Shown here: positions 21,479-31,481 of the stretch, in pieces
Layout: each line of letters starts with the position of its first letter
Numbering within the stretch: the stretch's first letter is position 1
Source: Thermodesulfovibrionales bacterium
GTDB taxonomy: Bacteria > Nitrospirota > Thermodesulfovibrionia > Thermodesulfovibrionales > SM23-35
NCBI GenBank assembly: GCA_963715195.1
Contig: CAVQRT010000030.1
Location: 64,001 to 128,000 of the forward strand
Direction: 5' to 3'
DNA length: 64,000 nucleotides
The notes under the pieces: model-generated
Seen by the model: the letters and a program-made list of their open reading frames with translations, nothing else
Told to the model about the DNA's origin: nothing
Database searches by the model: none
Program-made: the position numbers and the translations under genes

Positions 21479-23752
21479 ATGAATCAGAAACACCGCATGT
21501 CCATTATGACATTATTTCTGAAAATTCTCTCCTGTTTCCTGATAACAATTTTTTCCGCTGTGCTTCTTTATGCAGAGGCACTGCCTCTCATTAACTCAAT
21601 CGAGATACGGGGTCTTAAAAGAATCGATGAAAACGCCGTGAAAAGCAAGATCACCCAAAGACAGGGAGAAGCCATATCACAGGAAAAAACCAATGAAGAT
21701 ATCAAAAATATCTATAAGCTCGGATATTTTGACGATGTTCGGGCAGAAATCGAGCCGTTCGAGGGCGGGATAAAGCTGATATATGTGGTCAAGGAAAAGC
21801 CTACCATTGTCAAGATCGAACTTCAGGGCAACGATGAATTTGACGATGCCAAATTGAAAGAAAAGATGACCATAACATCAGGTGCCATAGCAGATGCAGT
21901 CCTCATTCAGGACAATGCTGCCAAACTCAGGGCATTTTATGAAGAAGAAGGATACTGGCTTTCCCATATCGTCCCGGTCATCAGGGTAATCAGTCCGGAT
22001 GAAGTGACCCTGACCTATCAGATTGAAGAGGGGAACAAGGTAAAAATCAAAAAAATCATTATTGAAGGCAACAAGGTGTTCTCTGCAAAAAAGATCAAAG
22101 GGGTTATGGACACCAAAGAACGGGGCTTGTTCTCTTTCATCACGTCCTCAGGGTATTACAAGAAGGAACAAATGGACATTGACATCGAAAAGATAAAGGA
22201 CCTCTATTTCAATAACGGATATATAAAAGTGGCCCTTGGTGAACCGCAGATTCAGCTGACCGATGACAGGAAGGGGATGTTTATAACGATACCAATTTCG
22301 GAGGGACAGCAGTATAAAATCTCCTCGATCGAACTGACCGGCAATACCGTATTCCCTGACGACGCCGTAAGAAAAAGGATAACGATGCTTCCTGACGAAC
22401 CGTTCAGTAAGGAAAAGTTACGGAAGGATATTTTTTCAATCTCTGAACTGTATTCAGAGACCGGGTATGCTTTGATCACCATTAATCCCGACGTAGTTCC
22501 CGATGAAAGCAAAAAGCTGGTCAAACTCGTCCTGAATATCAGTGAAGGGGACAGATATAGAATTGGGCGCATAGAGATTTCGGGAAATACAAAAACAAGG
22601 GATAAAGTTATCCGGAGAGAAGTCAGGCTGGATGAAGGGGATATTTTCAACAGTGCTCTCATAAAGAGAAGTTACGAGAGGATCAACAATCTGAACTTTT
22701 TCGAATCGGTCGAATTAAATCCCAAACCGCAGCCTGAGGAAAAACTGGTTAATCTCGATATTTCGGTAAAAGAGAGACCGACCGGTTTTTTCAGCGTCGG
22801 AGGCGGTTACAGCTCTGTTGAACAGTTCATTGCCATGGTGGAACTGACCCAGGGCAATCTGTTCGGCAAGGGACAGTTTGTAAAACTGCGGGCAGAGCTG
22901 GGCGGCAGAACAACGCTGTATGATATTTCCTTTAAAGACCCGTGGTTTATGGACAAACCTCTCTCGTTTTCAACAAACGTTTACAAGTTGACGAGGGAAT
23001 ATATTGATTATGATAAAGATGCAACCGGCTTCAGCATCTCTTTGGGCAAGAGGTTTTCTGAATACTGGTGGACGGATATTTTATACAATTTTGAGGATGC
23101 AGAAATATCCAATGTGTCTGATGATGCTTCCGTCGTAATAAAAGACCAGGAAGGCTCAAGCACAACCAGCAGTATTACCCCCTCCATTGTGAGAGATTCA
23201 CGTGACAATTATCTCGACCCGCGGAGGGGTTCGAGGAATTCCCTATATACGACCTTTGCCGGATTGGGCGGTACCAATAAATTTATTAAGGGGGGAATTG
23301 ATTCTGCATGGTATTTTCCTGTCTACAGTTCATCAGTGATGTTGAGAGGGAGGTTTGGTTATGCAACAGGCTATAGCGGTCAGGAACTCCCCTTGTATGA
23401 GAGATTCTATGTCGGCGGTATTTATACGGTGCGAGGACTGGGATACGGCGAAGCCGGCCCGAAGGATGAAGGTACAGACGACCCGATAGGAGGAACTGAG
23501 GAACTCATCTTCAATCTTGAATACATCTTTCCGCTTCTCAGTGAAATCCGATTGAAAGGTGTTCTGTTTTTTGACGCAGGAAATTCATATGAATCATTCG
23601 AAAATTTCCCCGAGCTGCGATATACTACAGGGGCAGGGGTGAGATGGATTTCACCCATGGGTCCCATACGACTGGAATGGGGCTACAATCTCGACAGGAA
23701 ACCCGGGGAGAAATCCAGTAGGTTTGAATTCGCATTTGGAACATTTTTTTAA
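21479..23752 (+). CDS. bamA: Outer membrane protein assembly factor BamA
   Basis: POTRA domains, GNTKTRDKVIRRE, VRGLG, C-terminal FAFGTFF. Start is uncertain (21479, 21497 or 21506). Confidence 0.95.
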   Translation: MNQKHRMSIMTLFLKILSCFLITIFSAVLLYAEALPLINSIEIRGLKRIDENAVKSKITQRQGEAISQEKTNEDIKNIYKLGYFDDVRAEIEPFEGGIKLIYVVKEKPTIVKIELQGNDEFDDAKLKEKMTITSGAIADAVLIQDNAAKLRAFYEEEGYWLSHIVPVIRVISPDEVTLTYQIEEGNKVKIKKIIIEGNKVFSAKKIKGVMDTKERGLFSFITSSGYYKKEQMDIDIEKIKDLYFNNGYIKVALGEPQIQLTDDRKGMFITIPISEGQQYKISSIELTGNTVFPDDAVRKRITMLPDEPFSKEKLRKDIFSISELYSETGYALITINPDVVPDESKKLVKLVLNISEGDRYRIGRIEISGNTKTRDKVIRREVRLDEGDIFNSALIKRSYERINNLNFFESVELNPKPQPEEKLVNLDISVKERPTGFFSVGGGYSSVEQFIAMVELTQGNLFGKGQFVKLRAELGGRTTLYDISFKDPWFMDKPLSFSTNVYKLTREYIDYDKDATGFSISLGKRFSEYWWTDILYNFEDAEISNVSDDASVVIKDQEGSSTTSSITPSIVRDSRDNYLDPRRGSRNSLYTTFAGLGGTNKFIKGGIDSAWYFPVYSSSVMLRGRFGYATGYSGQELPLYERFYVGGIYTVRGLGYGEAGPKDEGTDDPIGGTEELIFNLEYIFPLLSEIRLKGVLFFDAGNSYESFENFPELRYTTGAGVRWISPMGPIRLEWGYNLDRKPGEKSSRFEFAFGTFF

Positions 23753-23780
23753 CAAATATCATTACCACCAAGGAGGATAT

Positions 23781-24329
23781 ATGAGCAAAGTATTTCTGGG
23801 AGGGATGCTAGCGTGCTCTTTGATGCTTGCTGCCATTCTGGTCTCACCTGTTCCGTCGCACTCTGAAGATGCCGTTAAGTTTGGGTCCATCGATGTACAA
23901 AAGGTTCTGAATGAATCTGAAGCCGGTAGAAAAGCGAAAACCGATCTTGAAGGGTTAATTAAATCAAAGCAAATTTCGATTGATGAAAAGGGGAAAGCAA
24001 TCGAAAAAATGAAGGCTGATCTTGAAAAACAGGCGTCTGTATTGTCCGCCGAAGCAAGAAAGAATAAAGAAGAAGAGCTCGAAAAGTCGGTAAGGGAGTA
24101 CCAGCGGCTTGTCCAGGATTCACAGGCAGAAATTAAGAAAAAAGAAGCAGAACTGACCGAGACTATTCTGAAAGAGATTAAGGATCTGGTCGAAAAGACG
24201 GGTGAAGAGAACGTTTATACGATCATCTTCGAAAAAGGAATGGTTCTCTATTCCAGTAAAGGCATCGATATCACGGATACCATCCTGAAAAAATATGATG
24301 AAGTAAAAGCAAAACCTGCCAAGGAGTGA
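23781..24329 (+). CDS. skp: OmpH/Skp periplasmic chaperone
   Basis: Signal peptide, IDVQKVL..S..G, coiled coil, DITD..LK; AGGAGG SD. Confidence 0.9.
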   Translation: MSKVFLGGMLACSLMLAAILVSPVPSHSEDAVKFGSIDVQKVLNESEAGRKAKTDLEGLIKSKQISIDEKGKAIEKMKADLEKQASVLSAEARKNKEEELEKSVREYQRLVQDSQAEIKKKEAELTETILKEIKDLVEKTGEENVYTIIFEKGMVLYSSKGIDITDTILKKYDEVKAKPAKE

Positions 24330-25348
24330 AACTCTCGGAAATCGCATCTCTTCTGCACGGTGAGATCTTTGGTGATTCTACCCTCGAAATTAAGGGGATA
24401 ACGGGGATCAAAGAGGCCAGGGAGGGAGATATTACCTTCCTATCAGGAAAACGTCATGTGAAAGACCTCCCGCTCTGCAGGGCTTCATGCATCATTGTTC
24501 AGGAGCGTCTGCATGATCTTGCACTCACCCAACTGAAAGTTGCAAATCCCTATCTTGCGTATGCACGACTGCTCGAACATTTTTACGGTAAACCGCTGAA
24601 GCCTTTCGGGGTGAGCAAGGATGCAACAATATCAGATAAGGCACGAATAGCTTCGAATGTTTCCATTTCCCCTTTCTCATACATTGCTGATGGTGTTTCT
24701 GTCGGGGACGGGTCCGTCATTTATCCCTTTGTTTTCGTCGGCGAAAACACCGTCATCGGCGAACAGTGCACAGTCTATCCGAATGTGACGCTGCGGGAAG
24801 GGGTAACTATTGGGAACAGAGTTATCATTCATTCAGGATCAGTCATAGGATGTGACGGTTTTGGCTACGTATTCCATGAAGGCAGGCATTACAAGATTCC
24901 CCAGGTTGGCGGCGTCATTATCGGGGACGACGTTGAGATTGGCTCCAATGTCACAATCGACCGGGCAACAACAGGCAATACCGCAATCGGAGCCGGCACG
25001 AAAATAGATAACCTCGTGCAGATCGGACACAATGTAACTATCGGAAACAACTCCATTATTGTTGCACAGGTAGGTATCGGAGGCAGCACGGTAATAGGCG
25101 ATTACGTGACACTTGCTGGACAGGCAGGGATTGCCGATCACGTTGAGATAGCATCAGAGACAATCATCGGTGCTCAGTCCGGGGTTATGGGAAAAGTTGC
25201 AAAAGGCGCATATTCCGGCTCGCCTGCAATGCCTCATAGAGAATGGCTCAAAGCGCAGGCTGTTTTTGCGAAGCTCCCGGAACTCCATAGGAGAATAAAA
25301 GCGCTTGAGGATAAGTTCAAGGAACTTGAAAGGAGGAATGTCGAATGA
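24326..25348 (+). CDS. lpxD: UDP-3-O-acylglucosamine N-acyltransferase
   Basis: Hexapeptide repeats; DGFGY, KIPQVG and TKIDNLVQIGHN motifs. Confidence 0.96.
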   Translation: MKLSEIASLLHGEIFGDSTLEIKGITGIKEAREGDITFLSGKRHVKDLPLCRASCIIVQERLHDLALTQLKVANPYLAYARLLEHFYGKPLKPFGVSKDATISDKARIASNVSISPFSYIADGVSVGDGSVIYPFVFVGENTVIGEQCTVYPNVTLREGVTIGNRVIIHSGSVIGCDGFGYVFHEGRHYKIPQVGGVIIGDDVEIGSNVTIDRATTGNTAIGAGTKIDNLVQIGHNVTIGNNSIIVAQVGIGGSTVIGDYVTLAGQAGIADHVEIASETIIGAQSGVMGKVAKGAYSGSPAMPHREWLKAQAVFAKLPELHRRIKALEDKFKELERRNVE

Positions 25349-25779
25349 TGCATATCAAGGATATTCAGAAACTCTTGCCGCACAGATACCCTTTTCTCAT
25401 GGTCGACAGAGTCATAGAAATAGACCTTGGCAAGAGAATCGTCGGGATAAAAAACCTGAGCATCAACGAGGAGTTTTTTCAGGGACATTTTCCGGGCAAC
25501 CCGATTATGCCGGGTGTCCTGATCGTTGAAGCACTGGCCCAGGTGGCAGCAATCCTTGCCCTGAAGTCAGGCGCTCCGGAGGGCCAACCTATATATTTCA
25601 TGAGTATTGAGAAGGCAAAATTCAGGAGACCGGTCGTCCCGGGTGATCAGCTCCGATTGGAAGTTTCGATACTGCAGAGCAGAGGAAATGTCTGGAAATT
25701 TTCGGGCAATGCAGTGGTTAAAGACAAGGTTGTCGCACAGGCTGAATTCACTGCGATGGTGACGGACAGGGAGATATAA
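25345..25779 (+). CDS. fabZ: 3-hydroxyacyl-ACP dehydratase
   Basis: LPHRYPFLMVD and FFQGHFPG.PIMPGVL motifs. Confidence 0.97.
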   Translation: MMHIKDIQKLLPHRYPFLMVDRVIEIDLGKRIVGIKNLSINEEFFQGHFPGNPIMPGVLIVEALAQVAAILALKSGAPEGQPIYFMSIEKAKFRRPVVPGDQLRLEVSILQSRGNVWKFSGNAVVKDKVVAQAEFTAMVTDREI

Positions 25780-25782
25780 ACT

Positions 25783-26562
25783 ATGGGGAAAGAAATACAT
25801 CCAACTTCGATCATATCGCCTGGAGCAGAGATAGCAGAAGATACCTATATCGGTCCCTTCTGCATCATTCACGATAAGGTGCGTCTCGGAAAGGGGTCGA
25901 GGCTTATCTCGAATGTAATCATCGAGGGCGCTACCGAGATAGGGGAGAACTGTACGGTCTATCCGTTCACCAGTATCGGGCTGCCACCCCAGGATATGAA
26001 ATACAAAGGGGAAGAAACAGGAGTCACAATCGGCAGTCAGAATACGATCCGTGAATATGTGACCATTCACAGGGCATCGGTGAGCGGAGATGGAATTACC
26101 TCCATCGGCGATGGTAACTTTCTTATGGCATATGTTCATATTGCCCACGACTGCAAGATCGGCAATTCTGTCATTATGGCAAATCTTGCCACTCTCGCAG
26201 GCCATGTGTCTGTCGGGGATCATGCCGTCGTCGGCGGACTCGTGGCAATACACCAGTTTACCCGCATCGGCGCATATGCGATGGTCGGCGGATTCAGCGG
26301 AGTGGGACAGGATATCCCCCCGTATATGATAGCCTCCGGTGCACGGGTTAAACTCTTCGGCCTCAACACCGTCGGAATGAAGCGCCATGGATTCCCGGAT
26401 TCAACCGTCAATGAACTCAAGAAAGCATATAAAATTCTCTTCAGGGAAAAAAGGACATTAAAAGGCGCTATCAAAAAGATACAGGAAGATCTCCCGTATA
26501 CGGATGAGATAAAGCATCTCATAGAGTTCATCCAGAAAAACAAAAGAGGCATCTGTCGGTAG
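25783..26562 (+). CDS. lpxA: UDP-N-acetylglucosamine acyltransferase
   Basis: PQDMKY, IREYVTIHR, HIAHDC and HQFTRIG motifs. Confidence 0.97.
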   Translation: MGKEIHPTSIISPGAEIAEDTYIGPFCIIHDKVRLGKGSRLISNVIIEGATEIGENCTVYPFTSIGLPPQDMKYKGEETGVTIGSQNTIREYVTIHRASVSGDGITSIGDGNFLMAYVHIAHDCKIGNSVIMANLATLAGHVSVGDHAVVGGLVAIHQFTRIGAYAMVGGFSGVGQDIPPYMIASGARVKLFGLNTVGMKRHGFPDSTVNELKKAYKILFREKRTLKGAIKKIQEDLPYTDEIKHLIEFIQKNKRGICR

Positions 26563-26632
26563 TTGAAGTTTACGTGCCTGGTAACTACGTTACGACATTG
26601 CGCTATTATTTATTTTACAGAACAAACATTTC

Positions 26633-26692
26633 TGTGATCCCGACTTGTTCGGGATCCTTCATAAGAAAGATTCCGGCTCGGCCGGAATGACA
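26633..26692 (+). repeat. REP-like family A copy
   Basis: TGTGATCCCGACTTGTTCGGGATCC...AAAGATTCCGGCTCGGCCGGAATGACA, between lpxA and lpxI. Confidence 0.8.
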
Positions 26693-26715
26693 GCAAAATA
26701 CCAAAGACCTTTTCA

Positions 26716-27525
26716 ATGAAAAAACTCGGTCTCATTGCAGGGAAAGGTGACCTCCCGATGGCTGTCGCCGATGAGGCAAAAAAGCAGGGGTATACCGTTG
26801 TCGCGGTCGGCCTTGAGCCGCTCGCTGACAAATCACTTGCAGCGCATGTTGATGAGTTACAGTGGGTAAATGTTGGCAGGTTCGGAAAGATTATTGGTGC
26901 TATGAAGAAGTTTGATATCAGGGAAGCGGTAATGGCTGGCAAGGTTTCGAAAATGCTTCTTTACAAGAGCAAAATTACTCCCGACTTGCGGGCCGTGAAA
27001 CTCCTCATGTCCCTGAAAGACAGAAAAGACGATTCGATACTCCTGGCTATTGCGGACGAACTTTCACGGGAAGGCATCCAACTTCTCGACATCCTCCCTT
27101 TCAGTTCAGCCCTGCTGGTTTCCAGGGAAGTCCTGACAAAAGATGCTCCTTCTGATCAGGAGTGGAAAGATATTGCGTTCGGCTGGAAGGTTGCGAAGGA
27201 GATCGGGAGACTGGACATCGGTCAGACGGTCGTTGTCAAAAATCAGGCCGTGATGGCAGTTGAAGCAATTGAGGGCACTGATGAGGCTATCAGACGGGGA
27301 GGAACCCTTGCGGGGAAGGATGCGGTTGTCGTTAAAGTCAGTAAACCAAATCAGGATATGAGGTTTGATGTTCCGGCAATCGGATTGGATACCGTAACGG
27401 CAATGAAAGGAGTTCATGCACGGGTTCTCGCTGTTGAAGCCGACAAATGTCTCGTCCTGAACAAAGAGCGGATTTTCGCTGAGGCAAAATCAGCCGGCAT
27501 TTCCATCGTGGGGTATGGTGAATAA
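26716..27525 (+). CDS. lpxI: UDP-2,3-diacylglucosamine diphosphatase LpxI
   Basis: LGLIAG.G.LP, DIGQTVVV, AVEAIEGTD and QDMRFDVP motifs. Confidence 0.93.
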   Translation: MKKLGLIAGKGDLPMAVADEAKKQGYTVVAVGLEPLADKSLAAHVDELQWVNVGRFGKIIGAMKKFDIREAVMAGKVSKMLLYKSKITPDLRAVKLLMSLKDRKDDSILLAIADELSREGIQLLDILPFSSALLVSREVLTKDAPSDQEWKDIAFGWKVAKEIGRLDIGQTVVVKNQAVMAVEAIEGTDEAIRRGGTLAGKDAVVVKVSKPNQDMRFDVPAIGLDTVTAMKGVHARVLAVEADKCLVLNKERIFAEAKSAGISIVGYGE

Positions 27526-27548
27526 TTTTTTGTATCAAGTCTTCTCGT

Positions 27549-28886
27549 TTACTCCTTCAGCCCTGCCTTCTTAAGGTTTGCAACAACAACAAGAATATAC
27601 TTTTCCGGATCAAGATATTTTCGCGCAACCCGGAGCACATCCTCTTTTGTCACCGCATTGATGTAACCAGCATATTTTTCTGCGTAATCCCCCCCGAGTT
27701 TATAGAATTCTACAGCGGCAAGAAAATCAGCAATTTTTCTGTTCGTGTCAAGCCTCCTCGGGAAACTGCCGGTCAGATAAGCCTGTGCCTCTGAGAGCTC
27801 TTCATCCGAAACAGGTTCTTTTCTGATCTGTTCAAGCTGCCTGCGTATCTCATCAATCGCAATGGATGCTGATTCATTTTTCGTCTGCACGCCGACCCTG
27901 AAGGTACCGGATTCCTTATTCGCTGCAAAAAAACTGTGCACATCGTATGCAAGTCCCTTATCATCTCTGATTGATTGCATGAGTCGTGATGAAAATCCTC
28001 CGCCGCCAAGGGTATAGTTCATTACAGAAACTGCATAATAATCAGGATTCTCCCTGTTGATGCCGATATGCCCCAGAATGATATTTGCCTGTGTGAGGTC
28101 CTTATCAATTTTGACCACTTTTTTCATCCTCTTATCCTCAAGCTTCATTGCAGGCTTTGCAAGCAGTGTCCTCATCTTCCATCCACCAAGATATTCCTTC
28201 AGTAACAAGGTTAACTCATCAGATGTCAGGTCCCCGGAAACCGACAATATCGAGTTGTTCGGCAGAAAATATTCCGCATGAAACCCAATGAGATCTTCTC
28301 GTGTTATCGAATCAAGGGTCGCCGGAGATCCTTCTGTGAGCCTCCCGTAGGGATGATTCCCGAATACCTCTTTTTTAAACGCCCGCTCCGCAAGAAAGGA
28401 CGGGTCTTCCTCCTGCTGTTTCAGGAACCCCTTTATCCGTTCCCTGACTCTCCCAATTTCGCTCTCCGGGAAATTCGGATTCAGAAGAATATCAGAAAAG
28501 ATTTCAAAACCTGTAGGGAGATCTTTTTTCAGGACAGATAAGGATATGCTCGTAAAATCTTCGCCGGCAGATGCATCAAGTGATGCTCCGATAAAATCTA
28601 TCTGCTCACTGATATCCTTTGAAGAACGGCTTTTAGTACCTTCTGCAAGCAGTTCTGCTGCAAGGTTTGCGGTCCCTGCTTTCTCTGCCGGTTCATGAAG
28701 CTGGCCTGCTTTTACAATGAGCGTTACCATCACAATGGGCAGATTGTGGTTTTCAGAGTGCAAAACGATGAGGCCATTCGGAAGCTGCGTTCTCTTCGCA
28801 TCAAGAGCGATGGCATGATCTAAAGACAAGATGAAAAATGTGAAAAGAAAAAAGAATAAAAGAATAAATATGTTTAACTTTTTCAT
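27549..28886 (-). CDS. M16 peptidase, non-catalytic subunit
   Basis: M16 fold motifs (LGGGGFSSRL) with no HxxEH; signal peptide. Confidence 0.88.
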   Translation of the reverse strand: MKKLNIFILLFFFLFTFFILSLDHAIALDAKRTQLPNGLIVLHSENHNLPIVMVTLIVKAGQLHEPAEKAGTANLAAELLAEGTKSRSSKDISEQIDFIGASLDASAGEDFTSISLSVLKKDLPTGFEIFSDILLNPNFPESEIGRVRERIKGFLKQQEEDPSFLAERAFKKEVFGNHPYGRLTEGSPATLDSITREDLIGFHAEYFLPNNSILSVSGDLTSDELTLLLKEYLGGWKMRTLLAKPAMKLEDKRMKKVVKIDKDLTQANIILGHIGINRENPDYYAVSVMNYTLGGGGFSSRLMQSIRDDKGLAYDVHSFFAANKESGTFRVGVQTKNESASIAIDEIRRQLEQIRKEPVSDEELSEAQAYLTGSFPRRLDTNRKIADFLAAVEFYKLGGDYAEKYAGYINAVTKEDVLRVARKYLDPEKYILVVVANLKKAGLKE

Positions 28887-28900
28887 TGTCAATCAAAGAA

Positions 28901-29051
28901 TTCCTCGAAGCTCAGCTTCGGGGTTAATATTTTATTATGCTGTCATTACCGCTTCTCGGGAATCCTTTCTAATACTGCTCCCTATAGTAAGGAAAGATTC
29001 CGGCCAAGCCGGAATGACATTTTTTTGTACCTCGCAGCATACTGCAGGGTA
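28901..29051. repeat. Composite intergenic repeat: family A copy (28941-29019) flanked by two related short hairpins
   Basis: TTCCTCGAAGCTCAGCTTCGGGGTT and TACCTCGCAGCATACTGCAGGGTA flank TGTCATTACCG...GATTCCGGCCAAGCCGGAATGACA. Confidence 0.8.
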
Positions 29052-29053
29052 GC

Positions 29054-30367
29054 TCATTTTTCCTTTGTTGCCGGTATCAGTATCCCGACCGTCCTGTTTT
29101 CTTCTTTCAGATATTGTTGCGCGATTCTGAGAATATCTTCCGGCGTTACTTTTCTGATTCCTTCAAGGTATCTATCCATAAGCCGCCAGCTCCCCAGCAT
29201 CTCGAACAGTCCGTACTGCATGGCCTGAAGATAAATTGAGTCCTGTCCCATGATAAATGATGATTCGATCTGGTTTTTTGCCTTCTGAATCTCGTTTTCG
29301 GCAGGAGGAGATTTTTTTAACGTCTCGATTTCCTGATTCAGCGCATGTTCGACATCTGTGATATTGGTTCCCGGTGATGCTGCGGCAAAAAAGAAGAACA
29401 AGTAGGGGTCCCGGAGAAAACCGCTGTAATCAGCAGATGCGCTGAGCGCAACCTTTTTTTCATACACGAGTGACTGATATAGTCTGGAACTCTTTCCGCC
29501 GGAGAGTATCAGGTTCAGCACATCAAGGGCATAGCTGTCTTCGTGCGGGAAACGGGGAACGTGATAGGCAGCAATAAGAAATGGGAGCTCAGCTTCTTTC
29601 TTGAGAAAGACCCTCCTCTCTCCTCTCTGCTCGGGCTCAGAATACGGAATTTTTTTAACCGGTTGATCTGAGGAGATATCCTCAAAGGAGCCCCTGATCT
29701 TCTCTATCATCTCATTGCCGTTGACATCGCCTACCACAACAATCAACGTATTTTCCGGAGCATAATGCGTTCTGTAATAACTGACCAAATCATCCCGCCC
29801 TGTTGACTGAAGATCGGACATCCAGCCGATTACTGGTCTTTGGTAAGGATGAACCTTGAATGCCATAGCTACAACTTCTTCGAAAAGAGAATTCTGGGGA
29901 TCATCCTCATACCGCAACCTTCTCTCTTCCATGACCACATTTTTTTCTGATATAAACTCCTTTTGATCAAGGAGAAGGTTCCGCATCCTGTCGGCTTCGA
30001 GGTTTGCCGCCAGGGCTATTCTGTCTGATGCAAAAAGCTCAAAATATACCGTATAATCCTTCGTTGTATAAGCGTTGTTCGTTCCACCATTTCTCTGCAC
30101 AATTTTTGACAGTACCGAAGGACCATAACGGGAGGTGCCCTTAAACATCATGTGTTCAAGCAAATGGCTGATTCCTGATTTCCCGGCCGGTTCATCTCTT
30201 GAGCCAACGCGGTACCAGACCTGGAAAGTCGCAACCGGAGCTTTGTGTTCCTCTACAATCAAAACTTTTACTCCGTTGCCGAGGGTATATTCCTGAACAT
30301 TTGCACCATATAAAAGAACAGGAGACAACATGAAAAGAAGTGTGAGGTATGCTCTGTAGTATTTCAT
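29054..30367 (-). CDS. M16 zinc peptidase, catalytic subunit
   Basis: HLLEHMMFKG (HxxEH) motif. Confidence 0.93.
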   Translation of the reverse strand: MKYYRAYLTLLFMLSPVLLYGANVQEYTLGNGVKVLIVEEHKAPVATFQVWYRVGSRDEPAGKSGISHLLEHMMFKGTSRYGPSVLSKIVQRNGGTNNAYTTKDYTVYFELFASDRIALAANLEADRMRNLLLDQKEFISEKNVVMEERRLRYEDDPQNSLFEEVVAMAFKVHPYQRPVIGWMSDLQSTGRDDLVSYYRTHYAPENTLIVVVGDVNGNEMIEKIRGSFEDISSDQPVKKIPYSEPEQRGERRVFLKKEAELPFLIAAYHVPRFPHEDSYALDVLNLILSGGKSSRLYQSLVYEKKVALSASADYSGFLRDPYLFFFFAAASPGTNITDVEHALNQEIETLKKSPPAENEIQKAKNQIESSFIMGQDSIYLQAMQYGLFEMLGSWRLMDRYLEGIRKVTPEDILRIAQQYLKEENRTVGILIPATKEK

Positions 30368-30485
30368 ATTTAATTATAGCCAAAAGTTGAAAAAATAGTC
30401 TGAGTATAGACTTTCGGAAGCAACATCTATAGAATAATACTTGACCGTTTACAAAAAATAACCCTTGTAAAAAGGAGTGATACCG

Positions 30486-31481
30486 ATGCAGAAAAAAAGC
30501 ATACTAATTTGCGGCGTAGCAGCATATTTATTGCTCCTCTGTCTCCCGTCTTTTCTATTGGCACAGGTTCAGGAATATAAGGACTACACCGTAGAACGCG
30601 GAGATACCCTCTGGGATATTACGAAAGAAGAGTTGCAGGATCCTTTTTTATGGCCAAAGGTTTGGAATGCGAATCCCGATATCGATAACCCTGACAAGAT
30701 TTATCCGGATCAGAAAATAAAAATCCCTTTGCATCTCCTCCAGAAAGAGCTTACCCCTTCTGCACCAAAGCCGATAGTACAAACACCGATAAAGCCTAAA
30801 GCCGAAGAAAAAGCAGTTACGATTGAAAAACCTGTTAAGAAAGAATACCTCATTGATAAAAACCTGTTGATTCTAAGCGGCTATATCGCTGATGAAGTCC
30901 ATTCAGTAGGATCAGTTTATGACAAACCAGGAGAAATCACAAATCTCAGCAAAGGTGACTATGCTTATATTAAAACAAACAAAGCTGTAAAGAAGGATGA
31001 TAAATTTTACATTATTTATCCGGTTGAGGAAGTTAAGCATCCGGTCACGGGGAGCAATCTCGGAGTCCGTATTGCAATTTTAGGAACTGCGAAAGTGGTT
31101 GACGAGAATGATCCCAAAGTTCTTATAACAAGTTCTTTTGTCGAAATTCCGGTTGGAAGCCTTATCGATACCTATTACGAAATAGAGCCTCCTCTTGCGC
31201 CTGATAATCCCAGGAAGCCCGCAATCAACGGGTACGTTGTAACTACACTCAGGCGTATATATGCACATGGGAATCGGGACATCGTCTTCATAGATAAGGG
31301 GAAAAATGACGGACTGGAAGTGGGTGATTTGCTTGCTACCACATTGCAAAACGAGCATATAATCTTCAATGGGGTTGTTCAGGTAGTTAGTACAAGACCG
31401 TCGACTTCTGCCGCTATCATTAGAAAAGCTGCCAAGGAAATTAAAATAGGAGACCCAGTTACTGTCGTTACGCAGGAGTAG
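30486..31481 (+). CDS. LysM peptidoglycan-binding protein
   Basis: [12 protein letters not shown]...W..N..I.NP..IYP LysM domain; signal peptide. Confidence 0.88.
   Translation: MQKKSILICGVAAYLLLLCLPSFLLAQVQEYKDYTVERGDTLWDITKEELQDPFLWPKVWNANPDIDNPDKIYPDQKIKIPLHLLQKELTPSAPKPIVQTPIKPKAEEKAVTIEKPVKKEYLIDKNLLILSGYIADEVHSVGSVYDKPGEITNLSKGDYAYIKTNKAVKKDDKFYIIYPVEEVKHPVTGSNLGVRIAILGTAKVVDENDPKVLITSSFVEIPVGSLIDTYYEIEPPLAPDNPRKPAINGYVVTTLRRIYAHGNRDIVFIDKGKNDGLEVGDLLATTLQNEHIIFNGVVQVVSTRPSTSAAIIRKAAKEIKIGDPVTVVTQE

Noticed and set aside
13448..29051. Palindromic repeats as a CRISPR array or IS ends
   Set aside because: The copies are dispersed, with no regular repeat-spacer array, no cas genes and no transposase.
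31468..31481. Convergent gene overlaps (also 15959-15981)
   Set aside because: Short tail-to-tail overlaps are common in compact genomes.
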